In this document: one piece after another, positions 38,697-53,806 of the stretch
Position numbering within the stretch: position 1 is the stretch's first letter
Layout of the letters: each line of letters opens with the position of its first letter
Translations under genes and position numbers: made by a program
Notes under the pieces: model-generated
Told to the model about the DNA's origin: nothing
What the model saw: only the letters and a program-made list of their open reading frames with translations
Database searches by the model: none
Source: Octopus vulgaris
Lineage: Eukaryota
Assembly: GCA_951406725.2 (NCBI GenBank)
Contig: OX597815.1
Coordinates: 212,040,001-212,104,000, forward strand
Reading direction: 5' to 3'
Length of the DNA stretch: 64,000 nucleotides

Positions 38697-38968
38697 AAGT
38701 CAAAACAAACATCTTTTGCAGACATGTTTAGGAGGGTGTCGCCAATCATGCTTGCAATGTCTTAATTAAAATTCTAAACCATAATTCAATGCTTGTTGCG
38801 GTTTTTATTTTGTTTATTTTTTTCTTTTAATTGTATGTCTCTGTTTCTGCTGTTTTCGCTTTGCTTTGTTTGTTCTTTTGTTGTTTTTTTTTAATTTTCA
38901 CTATTGGTATGATGCGTCAGAGATCTATGTGATATAAAAGACAAACCATAAACAAGGTTATGCAACAA

Positions 38969-39029
<61 letters not shown>

Positions 39030-39316
39030 TGTTGTTGTTGTTGCTTGTATGAAACTAGCTTTATGCTAACACTAGCTCACCAGAAGATAACTTGAAATCT
39101 TGAAATTGAAGGAGATGGAAGACATTATGACTGTTCAGCGCCACCACCGAGACCTCGGTTGCATTTAGAGAAGTCTTCGTTGCAAGCATATAAAATAGTT
39201 TCTGGTCTAAGGGTAGACCATAAGTGACAGTCTCTTCCATCTTTTCCCAGCTAATCTTGGAGAGCATCTCGAGATGTGTTGCGAAAATAACAAACTCAAC
39301 TCATCACTTATTACTA

Positions 39317-39483
<167 letters not shown>

Positions 39484-39484
39484 T

Positions 39485-39870
39485 AAAATGTCGCACAGTA
39501 TCCAATACCGTGATGTAGTTCATTGAAAATATTGTGTTTACCGGGGATTTGTACCGTTTGTCACAACAAGGACCTCAGACAGACAGTATTTTACGCAATT
39601 AATCGTGCAATTCCAAGCAATGCGGATTTTTGCAATGCACCTAGATTGTATGGTATTTGTAAAGTTTCCAGATGTATTTTCAGGTTGGGTGGTATTGAAC
39701 TCAATGCTCCGATGACAATAGGGACAAACATTATGTTTGACTCTCGTAGCTGCTTCATTTTAGCGATCTCAATTCTCAGGTCTCCATATTAATCAATATT
39801 TTCTCTTTCTTTCATGATAATATGTTGATCTCCTTACACTGCTACATGGATTATCAGGCACTCTTGTGTG
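39485..39870 (-). mobile_element. R4/Dong-like retrotransposon 3' end (restriction-like endonuclease C-terminus)
   Basis: DLRIEIAKM...FVPIVIGALSSIP...LQKSALLGIA; runs into (TAC)n/(TAA)n. Confidence 0.75.
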
Positions 39871-40542
39871 TCCCTCCTAAAGTTGCGTACTGGGGTCGAT
39901 GTAATCCCTCAAATTTGAGGCCTTGTGCCATCAAAGTGACACTGGAGTAAAATATACGAAGCCCAGTATACCCATTATGACTACCTGTGTGATAAGGGTA
40001 CACTAGGTACATGCATCACAACCATACGTCCGTGACATGGTGATCTCATACCAATATAAACAGCACATGACTTTGCAGGAGGTGCCCAGTTAGAATCTTC
40101 TTCAAGTCGAGTAGCCCATCCCGCTCAAAAGGTTTCTGAATGAGGGTTGTTCAAGGATGTTGAATGAAACACCCATGTTTCCAAAGATGAATTATTCAAG
40201 CCCCAAAGAATTCTTCTCAACACATGGCTATGATGCTCCCCCACTATTTCTGCTCATGATCAGTGATGCACATATCGTCAGCCACTATGGGACATAGTCA
40301 ACTGGTTATGGTCAAACAACTGACAAGAAAATCTGTGGTATTGAGCAGAATATTTGCTGTAGCCCATCTATGATACCAAGACAAAACAATGTACATGGTA
40401 ATACTTCAATTAAGATGAGAAGCCAGGAGAGCCACTGCCTTTATTATTATTTTTGTTGTTGTTGTTGTTGCAGATAGATAGATAGATAGATAGGTAGGTA
40501 GGTAGGTAGATAGGTAGGTAGGTAGGTAGGTAGGTAGGTAGG

Positions 40543-40661
<119 letters not shown>

Positions 40662-43094
40662 AATACTGAATTAAAGCTTCTGTTGACCATTGATAAAATG
40701 TTTATAAATCTAGCATCCAAAATATATTTTAGTTTTATACCAATTATTATTGGAGCAACCGAATATGTATACCAACCCTGGCTGAGCTGGGATTCTTGAA
40801 GAAAGAATACAGAACCGTAAATCATGCATAACAGATAATAAGCCACAAGACCTTCCTAAAATTTAAAGATATTGACGCAGACATGGCTGTATAGTTAAAA
40901 AGCTCGATTTGCAAATATGTGGTTTTGGATGCAGTCTATTCTGTTGTAAGCATTCAAATTCGATCTCCAGTTTCCTCCTTCCACTACCACTACCATCACC
41001 AAGCTCACAGTCCTTTCAAAACTGTTATAGGAGCTACCCTTTCTCTTCTGCTTAAGCCATAAAAAAGATGAATGTAAATGCAATCTCCAACTGAAAATAG
41101 TATCCTGCGTGTTTTACCACTGAACTGGCTTCTGTTCACCTTGTTATTAAAAATTATCATTTATTCTTATAAGCATGAAAGTCTCCAAGAAGCTGGCTTG
41201 CAGCAAATATGCCCGTATTCTTTAAACCTTGAGCTAATTCTGGTAAATGTGACTACAGAAACATCTGTGCATGCACTTGTAGATTTGGAGTCCATACTTC
41301 TACGTTTTTATGTAGTTTCTCTTATTAAATTCAGACTGTCAATTCCTAATTAGTAAAATTACCGTAGTTGATAAGGCCTCAAGCTGGCAGTATCGTTAAA
41401 ACACCGGGCAAAATGCTTAGCAGTATTTCGTCCGTCCCTTGAACTTCTGAGTACAAACTCTAATGGAGTCGACCTAGCCTTTTCGTTCCTTTCAGGGTGG
41501 ATAAAATAAGTACCAGCTGAACACTCGGGTCAATGTAATCGACTAACCCACTCACTCGAACTTTCTGGCTTTGGGCCAAAATTTGAAAGCTATATTACAG
41601 TATTTGATAAGGCGGCGGGCTGACAGAATCGTTAGTACGCCGGGCAAAATGCCAAAGTGTAAAACCATTATTATCGTATTTGATAGTTTATAAGACAATT
41701 TCTATTCAAAAACGAAAATAATTATCTCAAAATATTACTCTGCGTCACAAAAAAATTTGTCTCAAAATCTTACTCCACGTCCTATATGCAAAGCTGGGCC
41801 TTTAATCCATAAAATACTTTTTCCTGAATATTCGCCGCTGAAATTGGGAGGCACCAAATATAGCCATACGCCTTTTATACAATTGAATTCGGTAAACTTT
41901 TTTTTTTCATACATTTTCTTTGGAGAGGAAGCTTAAATAATTAGAATTCACCTTTTTTCACATAAGAAATTTCATACCCAAAAAGCCATACTTTAGACTT
42001 AATTAGTTTTTGTTTGTTTGTGTTTGTTTGTCTTTTGGGGGTCTTTGCTTGTTTTGGAGGGGGTGGTAGGCTGTTGCAGCGAAATTCAACGCACTCCGAG
42101 AAGTTAAGATGTTTTTCATATTTTATCTACTTAGCCTTGAAAAAGGGAAATTTTCGTGAATGTCTTGTATTGGAATTTGTACTGTCAGAATTCCATCTGT
42201 GGCAGACCCCATAAAAGGTTACAGCAAAATCTTATTATTATCCAGACGTATTTATATTGACATCAGGAGGTATGTGTCTGAAAAAAATGCCATTTTCATG
42301 TTTTGTTTTTTCAAAATGTATCAGAATAAATAGTTGAAATGTTTAATTTAATTAAAAAGGAGACCATTCGATGATTTGTATCGATATGGATTCACAGCAA
42401 CAAGCGATTAATTTTACTCACATATGTTTACCCGGAAGCAAGATGCAATGTCTCATAAATGAAACCCAAGAAGAGCTGAAGTTTTCGTTGTTTTTGTTTT
42501 TGTTTTGTTTTGTTAATTTGTTGTTGTTTTTTTAAGAGAAAAGCAATGTTCTGTTGAATGTTTTCAACGCGAATTTCGAATTCCTAGACTAGAATATTCA
42601 ACAGATATTTACACAGCTTCATCGAGTCAACAAAAATACGAAAGCTAAAGATGCAAATATTTTCACTTTGGTAGATAAATTGATTGTACTTTAGAAAAAA
42701 TGGTAATTTAGAAAAACAATGCTAAGGAGGGAATGTTTGAAATATTGCCCTTAGTGCGTAAAATCAACGTAAAATAAATTATTTATATTACAGGTAGATA
42801 TTAGACAATTCTAACCGAGAAATTTGATTTTATTTTTCATTATTAAACAAAGACGATTATGATTGGATCTGGAACTTCAACGAGTTATTCCTTGGTTTGA
42901 AGTTATCTGGAAGAGAATTAATCCCTATATCCAGCCATCGCAGACTTAAAAATCAACGGTGTAGAGATATTTATGGACACAGTTCTGATTATCATTAGAG
43001 AAGAAACTAAAAGAGTTTTATCCATTTTGATAAAGTTTTCTACATAATATATCTGTGAATTAGAATTTCCTTTACCCATAAACATGTGGAAAAA

Positions 43095-44480
43095 ATAACA
43101 TAGAAGTTGCATTCAAGATGAAATGGGGAAATGTTTTGTTGTGATTGGCATTCTTCAGGACGGTAGAGAACCCCTTGTGACCATGCTCACCAATCTGTTT
43201 AACAAGTGCTTCGAAAATGGCAATATCCCCCAACAGTTTGAAGAACGCAATAGTGATCTGGGTTTAAAAAAAGGTAACAAAACAGACTTGATGGACGACC
43301 GTCCCATCAGTTTCCTGTCCATCATCTTCAAGGTGTTTTCCCACATTATGCTTAGAAGAATGTTCAGTGCCTTGAATCTCTATCAACCAAAAGAACAAAC
43401 AGGCTTCAGAATAGGATTCTTTACTATTGATCACACTCAGGTTGTCTGTCAACTGCACGAGAAAGTGAATGAATGCAACATCCCGCTACGCGTTGCTTTG
43501 TTGATGATAAGAAGGCCTTCGGCTCCATAGAATTCACTCTGTCCCTTACAGCACTGAAGAACTAAGTAGTGGACCCCGACTACCTTGCAATATTGAAAGA
43601 TCTTTACAGCGGTGCAACATCGACCTTCAGACTACACCAAGACAGTGATAAAATCAAGCTGTAGAGAGGAGCAAGGCAATGCGACATCTCACAAAAGTTG
43701 TTTACATCGTGCCTGTAAGATACCGTCATCAGAAAAACCCAATGGCACAAGAAAGGCATCAACTTTGACGGAGAACAACTATGCCATCAAGATTACGAGG
43801 ATGATATCACCTTGATAGCGCATACGCCTAAGAAACTGGAAATACCGATATCCACGCTACAAGTCAACCTGTCGACTTCAACATGAACCTTGGAAAAAGG
43901 CTAAAGTCATATTCAACAGGCACGCACGCCAGCGCCCTTCACCGTAAACAGCAAGACCATAGGAGACGTTGGCAGCTACTTTTTACCTGGGGAAGAACTG
44001 GACAAAAGACGGAAATCTCCTCTCGGAGATCAAGAAAAGACTAGCGTTTGTTTGGACGGCCTTTGGAAAGGTGGGAAATCTCATGAGAAGTCCCAAGGTA
44101 CATCCTACCAGTGATGATTTACGGTAATGAAGCATTGGCTCTCAATACTTCCACCATGAACTCCCATATTGTAGCTCAAAGGAAAATGGAACGAATCATT
44201 GTCCGCATCACATTGTGGGACAAGAAAGCCAACGCCTGGATACGACAACACACGAGAGTCAACGCCACCATAAGAATCATCAAGAAGAACAAATCTAGGT
44301 GGCCTGGCCACATCGCACGACTGAAGGACAGCAGATGGACAATAAGACAACGGGATAGACACCAAGACAATGGACAAGATAAAGAGGCCGACCAAAGACA
44401 AGGTAGCTAGCTGATCTCATTCGTTACATGAGGCCTACATGGTTATGACTGGCCAGAGATAGACAGCGGTAGATGAAGCC
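43095..44480 (+). mobile_element. Decayed RTE-clade LINE (RT and C-terminal region)
   Basis: LFNKCFENGNIP..KKGNK..DDRPISFLSIIFKVF..EQTGFRIGFFTIDH; AQRKMER..WIRQHT..RWPGHIARLKDSRWT; multiple frameshifts. Confidence 0.88.
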
Positions 44481-44990
44481 CTGGAAATAAAGGTTTGTTG
44501 GGATACATGATGTTCTGCTGATCTGATGAGCTAGCTTTCTTTATTTAAATTAATTTGTGAATACACAACTGTATTGTATGATGGGGAACATACATATTAA
44601 CGCAAACATGTATACAGAATTTCTTGCATACTGAAATTAACACCATATGAAGAAGTTTGCGAAACGGCCGTGTCCCTATATAAATCGTCTGGTGAAATAT
44701 ATATTCACCTCTCGTACCTCCTGACTTTATGATTATATATACTCCTAACAGAATAATTTTATTGCTCGGATTTTCCGGATTTTCAGGTACATGGATACTT
44801 TAGATTACGATATTTTGTAATTGATTTATTTCGTGGACAGATAGCCAAGTCTGTAAGACGAATTTACTGTGATAGCCGCACGATTCTCTGGATCCATATA
44901 TTAAAACCAATCAAGATATATAATTATATGTCAGCCTTAACTCTCCCACTACCACCACCTCTACAATCGTACCACTCTCAACCGACTGCG

Positions 44991-45060
<70 letters not shown>

Positions 45061-45704
45061 CACGTGTGGGACAAGTGGGTTTATCAGCCTAGTCTATCGT
45101 CAATATTGTCACGCCTCCTTCCTTCAAACGGGAAGGAAGAGCTATTTTTATCATACTTGTGGCTATGGCGAAAGAATGTATCTGGTGGACGCGTCTGAAA
45201 GGATTAGAGACAAACACTTTCCTCTCTGGTCAATCTCTCATCAACTTCTTCAAGTATCACTTGAAAAGGAAAGTGAGAGTAGAGAGGCAAGTTTTGTCTC
45301 GAGAATGTTTCAAAAAAAGATGGATGAATTTAGCAAGGATGGCACGTATGAATGACGAAGCCACCTTGAGTATAATCCTATGAACCCGGAAAAATTTAAA
45401 ACAGAGATATACTTACTTGCAAATAAATGTGTTAACATGTGACATTAATGACCGAGGTTACCATGGTATTTTCCATAGGCTTTTCTTTCTACGGATAAAC
45501 CTTATCTGCTTCCCCCTTTACACTTTACATCATGACATTTCCGTGATACACGATCCCTATTGATCGTTTTTTTTTCCTCTTTTTACGATCCCTTTTGATC
45601 GAAAACCTACCCCCTTTTTATTTTTTTTTTCTCCCCAAAAAGAAAAGCTCTACTTTGTAATTTGCCCCTTCTGTGTTCAGCCCTGTGTGACTAATAAAGA
45701 AACA
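45061..45704 (+). mobile_element. 5'-truncated Tx1/L1-like LINE inserted in (TATC)n
   Basis: Near-identical peptide to 7739-8493; (TATC)n on both flanks. Confidence 0.85.
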
Positions 45705-45787
<83 letters not shown>

Positions 45788-45835
45788 ATATCTATCTATC
45801 TATATATATATATATATATATATATGTCTGTCTCT

Positions 45836-45866
<31 letters not shown>

Positions 45867-46438
45867 CCTATCAATCTAAGATCTAGGTTTTCTCAGTCTA
45901 CAGTCGAATATCCAGTATATGCCACAGTCGATATATATTTCCCTCGCAAGGAACAGTCACATAAAAATGTTCCCAACCGTTATTTCTCACACCACTGTAA
46001 ACACAAACAGATGTGATTTGTGGAACGCACACACACACATAATATAGTTAGATACAAAGATAATATATATAAATATATACAATATAAAGAAACATTACTT
46101 ATTACTTACACACACACACACACACTTATACACACATATATACACATGGACATTCACACTTACTCACAACACACGCACATAAACATGCAAAAAATAGAAA
46201 TGCATGCATACAAACATAAAATAGCCCAAGCATAGACGCACACGCACAAAACATACGTTTGCACTTTTACGGTAACACACATATAGGCCTGCACTCACAC
46301 TTACACACACACACTCCAACACATGCAATATCATTTGTTAGTAATAATAAGGATCATTTTCTTACACGGAGACAAGGCAACACGGATACGGGAGAACATT
46401 TCTGGTACGTACTTTAATACTACTGAAAGAATTTAACT

Positions 46439-46850
46439 GAGTGGCTGTGTGGTAAGTAGCTTGCTTACCAACCACATGGTTCCGGGTTCAGTCCCACTGC
46501 GTGGCACCTTGGGCAAGTGTCTTCTACAATAGCCACGGGCCGACCAAAGCCTTGTGAGTGGATTTAGTAGAGGGAAACTGAAAGAAGCCCGTCGTATATG
46601 TGTATATATATATGTATATGTATGTGTGTGTATATGTTTGTGTGTCTGTGTTTGTTCCCCCAACATCGCTTGACAACCGATGCTGGTGTGTTTACGTCCC
46701 CGGAACTCAGCGGTTCGGCAAAAGAGACCGATAGAATAAGTACTAGGCTTACAAAGAATAAGTCCCGGGGTCGATTTGCTCGACTAAAGGTCGTGCTCCA
46801 GCATGGCCACAGTCAAATGACTGAAACAAGTAAAAGAGTAAAAGAGTAAA
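46439..46850 (+). mobile_element. OK-like SINE (family C)
   Basis: See 18177-18580. A further 3' fragment lies at about 48290-48505. Confidence 0.9.
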
Positions 46851-47509
46851 ATACCGCCTTAATCCGCCACTCCGGTTTTGTCGTCTTTTCAAATTATATT
46901 CATATTAAAAATAGTTTCTGATTGCAAGGCAGCGAGCTGACAGAATCGATAGCAAGCCAGGTAAAGTGCTTGGCGGCATTTCGTCCATCCTTACGTTCTG
47001 AGTTCAAATTCAGCCGATATTAACTTTGCCTTTCAACCTTTTGGGGTTGGGGTTGATGTTATCGACTAAACTCCTTCCCAAAAATTGCTGGCCTTATATA
47101 TTTTCCCCGTTGTCCTCACAACTAGTTCTCTTTAACGTTCGGTCCAGAGAACCGTTCTTTGTTTTTCTCTGTTGACGCAATAAAATCGAACAATATTATT
47201 GATAAGACGTCGAAATTGTAAAGACTTTTGGTCGATAACTGATGAGGGGTGAGCGTGTCCACGACCTTTGTGTGTTTCCTTTTTCCGTATGTTTCTTCAT
47301 CGTCTTTCAGTGCCACACACACACTCTCTCTCTTCCTCCACCACCCTCTCTCTCTCTCTGTATATGTATATATGTGCATATGCATTTATGTATGTATGTA
47401 TGTATGTATGTATGTATGTAGGTATGCATTGTATGTATGTAGGTATGTATGCATTGTATGTATGTACGTATGTATGTATGTATGCATGTATGTATGTATG
47501 TATGTATTT

Positions 47510-47543
<34 letters not shown>

Positions 47544-47919
47544 TGTATGTATGTATGTATTAAAAAGTACAAACCAGAACTCAACATGAATATATAATGG
47601 AATTCACAAAAAAAAAACAACCAGAGAAAAGGAAAAAACGATTTACCTTCCTTTAGCTAAGAAATATCATATCCACTTAATCTCCTTTTAGCTAAAAACA
47701 TAATATTTACTGATTATTCCCCTTGAGCTATACTCTCCACTATAACCGCAAGACTGCTTCATACTTGCTTCTACCCAAGATTAAATCGGGAACTTATTAT
47801 GATTTCATAACTTTGATTCATGATTAACGAAGTGAAACCGGTTGACTCTGTACATATTGTAATGGATTAAATCACTTTTATCTACACAAACAAGATTTCT
47901 TAGCTTTTTCGCCTTAAAT

Positions 47920-47977
<58 letters not shown>

Positions 47978-48233
47978 TTTTATTTATGGGTTAAGAAGGC
48001 TCGCAATAGTTTCATGAGGCAAATATCTCCACAATCTTCAAGCGATCCACTCAGGAATGCTGGTGCTCATTTCATTTTGGAGATGATGAGCAATATTACC
48101 AAGTGGATCGCTTAAAGATTGCGTATACCTTTTCCACAAGAAACCATTGGTTGCCCAGAAGTAAAGAATATTTATCCACTAATTGTTGTGTTGAGCTCTC
48201 ATTACTTACTATTTGATACTAACATATATATAC

Positions 48234-48291
<58 letters not shown>

Positions 48292-49149
48292 ATCTATGTA
48301 TGTGCCTGTGCCTTTGTGTTTGCGTTTGTTTCCTCCTTAATCTTGACAACCGGTGCTGGTTTCTTTGCGTCCCCGTAACCAAGCGCTTCGGCATGGGAAA
48401 CCAGTAGAATAAGTACCAGCCTGTAAAAAATCATATACTGTGGTCGAATCGTTGAAGGCGGTGCCGCAGCATGGCCACAGTTCAATGACTGAAACAAGTA
48501 AAAGATTATTCTTTTTCCCTCTTTTCGGAGGGGAATATTTGCTAAAGTGTTGATGAAAGTATAACCATCTTACTCACGCTTTCACCTCTTTGTTGAATAT
48601 TTAGGTTTGTAGCAATGCAAGAATTTCGTTGAATGGAAACAGCCAGATTCTTTTCATAACGAATATTCCTGTAATATACTGATGCATGCCAAAACTGGCG
48701 GTAGAATGTTGTTTTAATAAACAAGAAATAAATTCAATTACATACACCATTACATAGCGATATTATCGCTATACAAACATGTGGATTAGATAGAAAACAG
48801 AGAGAAATAACACAAATGAATATTACTGTAAAATTGCAGAATGCATGCATGTTTATTGCTCATTCAACTCTTATTTTGTTTCTTGTTTTTGTGTGAATGT
48901 TTATATCCAAATATATGTGTATTTAGTTAATCTGCTTAGCAAAGCATTTATGTTTAAATTGTGTTCAAATAAATATGACTTTTCACTTTAATATTATTTT
49001 GACACAGAAACGTTTAAGACCCTTATCTGTCATACATTTATTACATATGTCTTATATATCGTATGCGACTGCCTTTTATGTGAAACCGTTGTCTTAGTTA
49101 CCAAAACTGCTACGGCAGAAATTATTTTTGAATCTGAGGTTCGGGACAC

Positions 49150-49470
49150 AGCTTTTCCATCTTTCCATCCATCTTTTCCATCAGCTATTCCTCGGAGGGT
49201 CTGAAGGTAGAGTCCTCAGGCACTTCTTCCGTAAGCTCCTATCGGATGATGCAACCGTCATCAGACCGGGCTAGATTCCCATGGGTGACCAGCTGAGACT
49301 ATAGGTATTATCCAACCATCTCATTGTAAGTTTACTCCTAAGTCTCCTGAAGAATCAGTTTTGCGATTCTCTCCTGTGACATTCTCACCACATGTCCCTA
49401 ATACCGGAGTTATAGCCTCTCAGTGCATAGACGTAGCGGCTCCCTGATTTCCGAGCCCCGCACCGTCAAG
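49150..49470 (-). mobile_element. RTE-like LINE C-terminal fragment
   Basis: Minus strand LRY*GHVVRMSQERIAKLIL...RWLD. Confidence 0.6.
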
Positions 49471-49608
49471 TAACGTTACTCCATTTATTAATATTAATAC
49501 TATTTTATTGCTAGTTTCACCTATTGAACTGCGACTATATTGAGGTACTGTCTTCAAGGATTTAAGTCAGTTACAGTAAATTCTCTCCTATCCTATAGCT
49601 AGATAGAT

Positions 49609-49710
<102 letters not shown>

Positions 49711-49718
49711 CTTGGAAG

Positions 49719-49859
49719 ATATAAAATACAGTGTACATTTAAACACATTAAGAGGTATACATCATAGGGCTACCTTATGCTTTAGCTGTTCCTTCTAGCG
49801 TAAGGGAGTCATATGATGGATTCCTCTTAATGTGTTTAAATGTATACTGTATTTTATAT
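49719..49859. repeat. Foldback with arms of about 63 bp and a loop of about 15 nt
   Basis: atataaaatacagtgtacatttaaacacattaagagg... versus its reverse complement; about 7 mismatches by eye. Confidence 0.85.
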
Positions 49860-49996
49860 GAATAATATATAGTCTATTGACTAATTTTTCTATACGCTAG
49901 GCCACTGGTAGTAAAAAAATTTTAAATCTTTATTAGCTTGAAAGATAGATAGACAGAGACATACATATATACATATACATGTCTACATACATATAC

Positions 49997-50076
<80 letters not shown>

Positions 50077-51113
50077 ACAAAACCACCCTAAACTATGTGT
50101 GTGTGTGTGTGTGTTTATCTTCGCTATCATCATCATTATCAGGCTGGTGTTATTGTAGTTGTTGCTACTGTTGTCTTTCAGCATGTGCTTTTCTTCCCTA
50201 TGTGCAATTTGTGATATTTGATTTCTCCATAGGAATGAAGTCTGGGATCCTTAGGAGTGCCGGAAATGGGAAAAGGCAAAGTTCGCTTCTTTTGTTTTAT
50301 TATTTCTCTTCTTCTTCTTTTTCCATCGGTCATTAGTAGAGTAAATTAAGTGAAAAGCATAATAACACAGTTTTTGATCTCAGTGAAACACCCTGGCACA
50401 TTCACTCCAAATATGTCACTCTGTAAAGAGGAAGACTACGATAAAGGTTATTAAAACCGTCTGCAGACTGGAAGCGGAAATACGAGAAATATCAGTTAAA
50501 TTGGTGTGGCTTTATTTAATGCAAGGGGCATTAAAACAGATAACTAGAAACGATTATGGAGGAAGAACAAACAGCGTTAATCAGCGATTAATATTATTTT
50601 AGTTATTTCGGTAAATACGGGCGACAACTTTGTACATGTTTCGGAATTTTTATGACCTCATCAAAGAAGCTTAAGCATAGTGTACATTAACTATTAAAGA
50701 GTATAACCTCTAAAACTGAGTCACGTTACATTAGCGGTTCAGAGAAATGAAGAAAGTGTTTCAGCTAACGATGCACAGTGGTCAGGATGGATCTGTATTA
50801 AGATGGACATAGAGACAGTAAATAGGAGAATGTTTCAGGTAGCATATATAACAGAAAATCATGGTTGATACTGTCAGGATCAGTAGAGAAATCCATCAGT
50901 ATATAAGTTTCGTTTTGTTTAGGGGAAACCATTAAGAAATTTGGGATATAATGAGAAGGGACTGTGTGTTTCGAAAATACTTTGAAATTCTGCTATTTAT
51001 TAATAAATAGGACATGCAGTATTTTTTATTTGCGAATTCCACTGAAAGTACATATATATTCATATTTTCCTTGTGTGTGTGTGTGTGTATAAATTCAGAT
51101 ATATATATATAAA

Positions 51114-52174
51114 ATACAAAATGGGACAAGAACGCAAAACATCCGGACAACTAGTTGATACAAAAAGGGACAACAAAACATCCAGATAGACGATACAAAG
51201 AAGACAAGGACGGGTCATTCGAAGCCCTCTATCCTCAGTCAAGTACCAGATTTCGGCTGATAATTCTTGAGATTGCTCCAATCTGGCCAGCTCCAAGGAA
51301 AAAACTAAGCTAAGAGCATTAGATTCCTTGGAAGAAAGCAACGAAGGAATACAAAAACAAGGACGGAAAAATGGACAAAGTTACACAAATACAAATACAA
51401 TAATAAATACAGCAAAAATAGTAACAGGAGATAACAACAGGTGTCTTTCGGCTAAGGACGAATTGAATTAAGCTGGCGTGTGTGGAAATGAAGCCTTACG
51501 GCAGAGATTCAAAACTTTCACAAACACAGGGAAGAACATCGATGTTGTACGGGCCACGGTCAGACCAAGAAAGAAAGAACAGGCTAGGCTGACTGCGCGG
51601 TCACGTGGGAAGAGAAGAGAGAGAAGTAGAAGCAGAGGGACAGAAGAATTAAGGAGGGGCGAGAAAAAAGGACAGGGACATGGTGAAGTGAAAAGTGGAG
51701 GGAAAGTGAGTAAGAAGAGAAGTCAAAGAAATGTGAGAGAGGAGAAATGAAAGAACGAAGAGTTGAATGAACGAATAAGCGTGAAAGGGCTGATAGAGAG
51801 ACAGAAATAGAGTCGTACAAGATTTAGAAAAATGCTAACTTACATATACGGGAGCAAAGGGAGCAAATGTATTTATTATTGTATTTGTATTTGTGTAACT
51901 TTGTCCGTTTTTTCCGTCCTTGCTTTTGTATACATTCGTTCCTTTCTTCCAAGGAATCTCATGTTCTTAGCTTAGTTTTTCCTTGGGGCTGGCCAGATTG
52001 GAGCAATCTCAAGAATAATTAACCGAAATTGCGAGGATAACCTGGTGCTTGACCGAGAATAGAGGGCTTCGAATGACCCGTCCTTGTTTTTTTTTTGTAT
52101 CGTCTATCTGGATGTTTTGTTTCCCTTTTTGCATCACCTAGCTGTCCGGATGTTTTGCGTTCTTGTCTCATTTG

Positions 52175-52178
<4 letters not shown>
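51114..52178. mobile_element. Inverted-repeat element (arms about 51114-51409 and 51868-52178) between (TA)n tracts; putative inverted PLE pseudo-LTR
   Basis: Imperfect inverted arms of about 300 bp, 460-bp spacer, third copy at 38519. Confidence 0.7.
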
Positions 52179-52264
<86 letters not shown>

Positions 52265-52271
52265 TTATATG

Positions 52272-52313
<42 letters not shown>

Positions 52314-53270
52314 GGGTGTTTGTTTGACTCCACCCAACCTCTCACTCTCCTCATATTAATCGCTATGCCCAGTCCTTCTTACCGAGAACGTCTACCTTCT
52401 GAAATTCTCTCCCGGCCCATATTGTCTCTCACCTGTTAATTTGTAACAGTTCGAGAGGAATATCGTCGCCGCGTCAGTCTCGCCAGTCTGGAACCGCTAT
52501 AGACACAACCGCGTCCTCCAGACACAGTCGGTGAAAATGTAAGAAAACCTAAAACTAAAACATCCACCAAGAAAATTATATATTAAGGTCTCTAGATTCA
52601 ATAGTTTGTTTAGAAATTTTTCCGTTTGCATTTTTCCCCTCGTTTTAAAACAACACAATCTGATGAAACAAAACCTATCTTTATTCGAATCATTTGAATT
52701 ATATTTGTATTTGTTTTATTTCGTTTTGTTTTTTAAACTTCAGTAAAGCTATGGTTTGTTTATTGCTTAAGCTATAGAGGAAAGTATGGTACTAAAAACA
52801 TAAGAAGGACGACGAAAAACACATCGAAAGTTTGAACATGTGAAACTTTTTAAACTCAATAATTAACTAAGTAAAATTAAATAGAACAATCTTAAATATC
52901 AGGCCTTCCGTCAACCAAATTTGTCCCCCAGAGAGAGTTTTTTTTTCTGAACCTCACAGTAAATTTCCCAAAGGTAAATATTTATCGAATCTGTCAAGTA
53001 TTTCCTTAAAAAACAGCTCGTAAAAATAAATAGATAAATAAAATATATCTAAGATTTTTTTGCGAAAGCTTTTCCTTTGGGTTCCTATATCTCGTTCGTT
53101 GTCGCAGTTGTTGTTGTTTTTCCATGAACGACATCTGAGACACAACCTATTTATATTTCTATCTTACTTGTTTTTAAGTTTCAAGCTAGAAATACTTCAG
53201 TCGCCTCGGCTAATGTCTTCCTTGTTATATCGTCAGTGACGGTATATGATGTGTGTGTCTGTAACAATAT

Positions 53271-53591
53271 GGAAGCACTCTGTCGGTTACGACGACGAGG
53301 GTTCCGGTTGATCCGATCAACTCTTAACGTAGTTCTCGGGGATATTCAGCGTGACACAGAGAGTAACAAGGCCGGCCCTTTGAAATACAGGTACAACAGA
53401 AACAGGAAGTAAGAGTGAGAGAAAGTTGTGGTGAAAGAGTACAGCAGGGATCACCACCATCCCTGCAGGAGCCTCGTGGAAGCTTTAGGTGTTTTCGCTC
53501 AATAAACACACACAACGCCCGGTCTGGGAATCGAAACCGCGATCCTATGACCGCGAGTCCGCTGCCCTAACCACTGGGCCATTGCGCCTCC
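53271..53591 (-). mobile_element. OR-like SINE (family A), internal deletion, 12-bp TSD
   Basis: TSD ctgtaacaatat at 53259-53270 and 53592-53603. Confidence 0.92.
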
Positions 53592-53806
53592 CTGTAACAA
53601 TATATCACAGTACCAAATATAACCGTATAATAATAATAAGCAATGTAACAAGAGTCGGTTATCTGCTGCTGCTGCTGCTGCTGCTGCTGCCGCTGCTGCT
53701 GCTGCCGCTGCTGCTGCTGCTGCTGCAGTTACTGTTGTTGTTCTCTTTGCCGACACCTAAAGTTTTGTCGTTGTTTAGAGACGAAACATTTTTCGCCCCG
53801 GTGACG

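Noticed and set aside
39930-40440. Balanced-composition segment resembling an interspersed repeat
   Set aside because: No second copy in the window and no motif I can name.
47198-47250. TTGATAA-gacgtc-GAAA and a nearby CTGATGA
   Set aside because: No compatible helix III or stem I.
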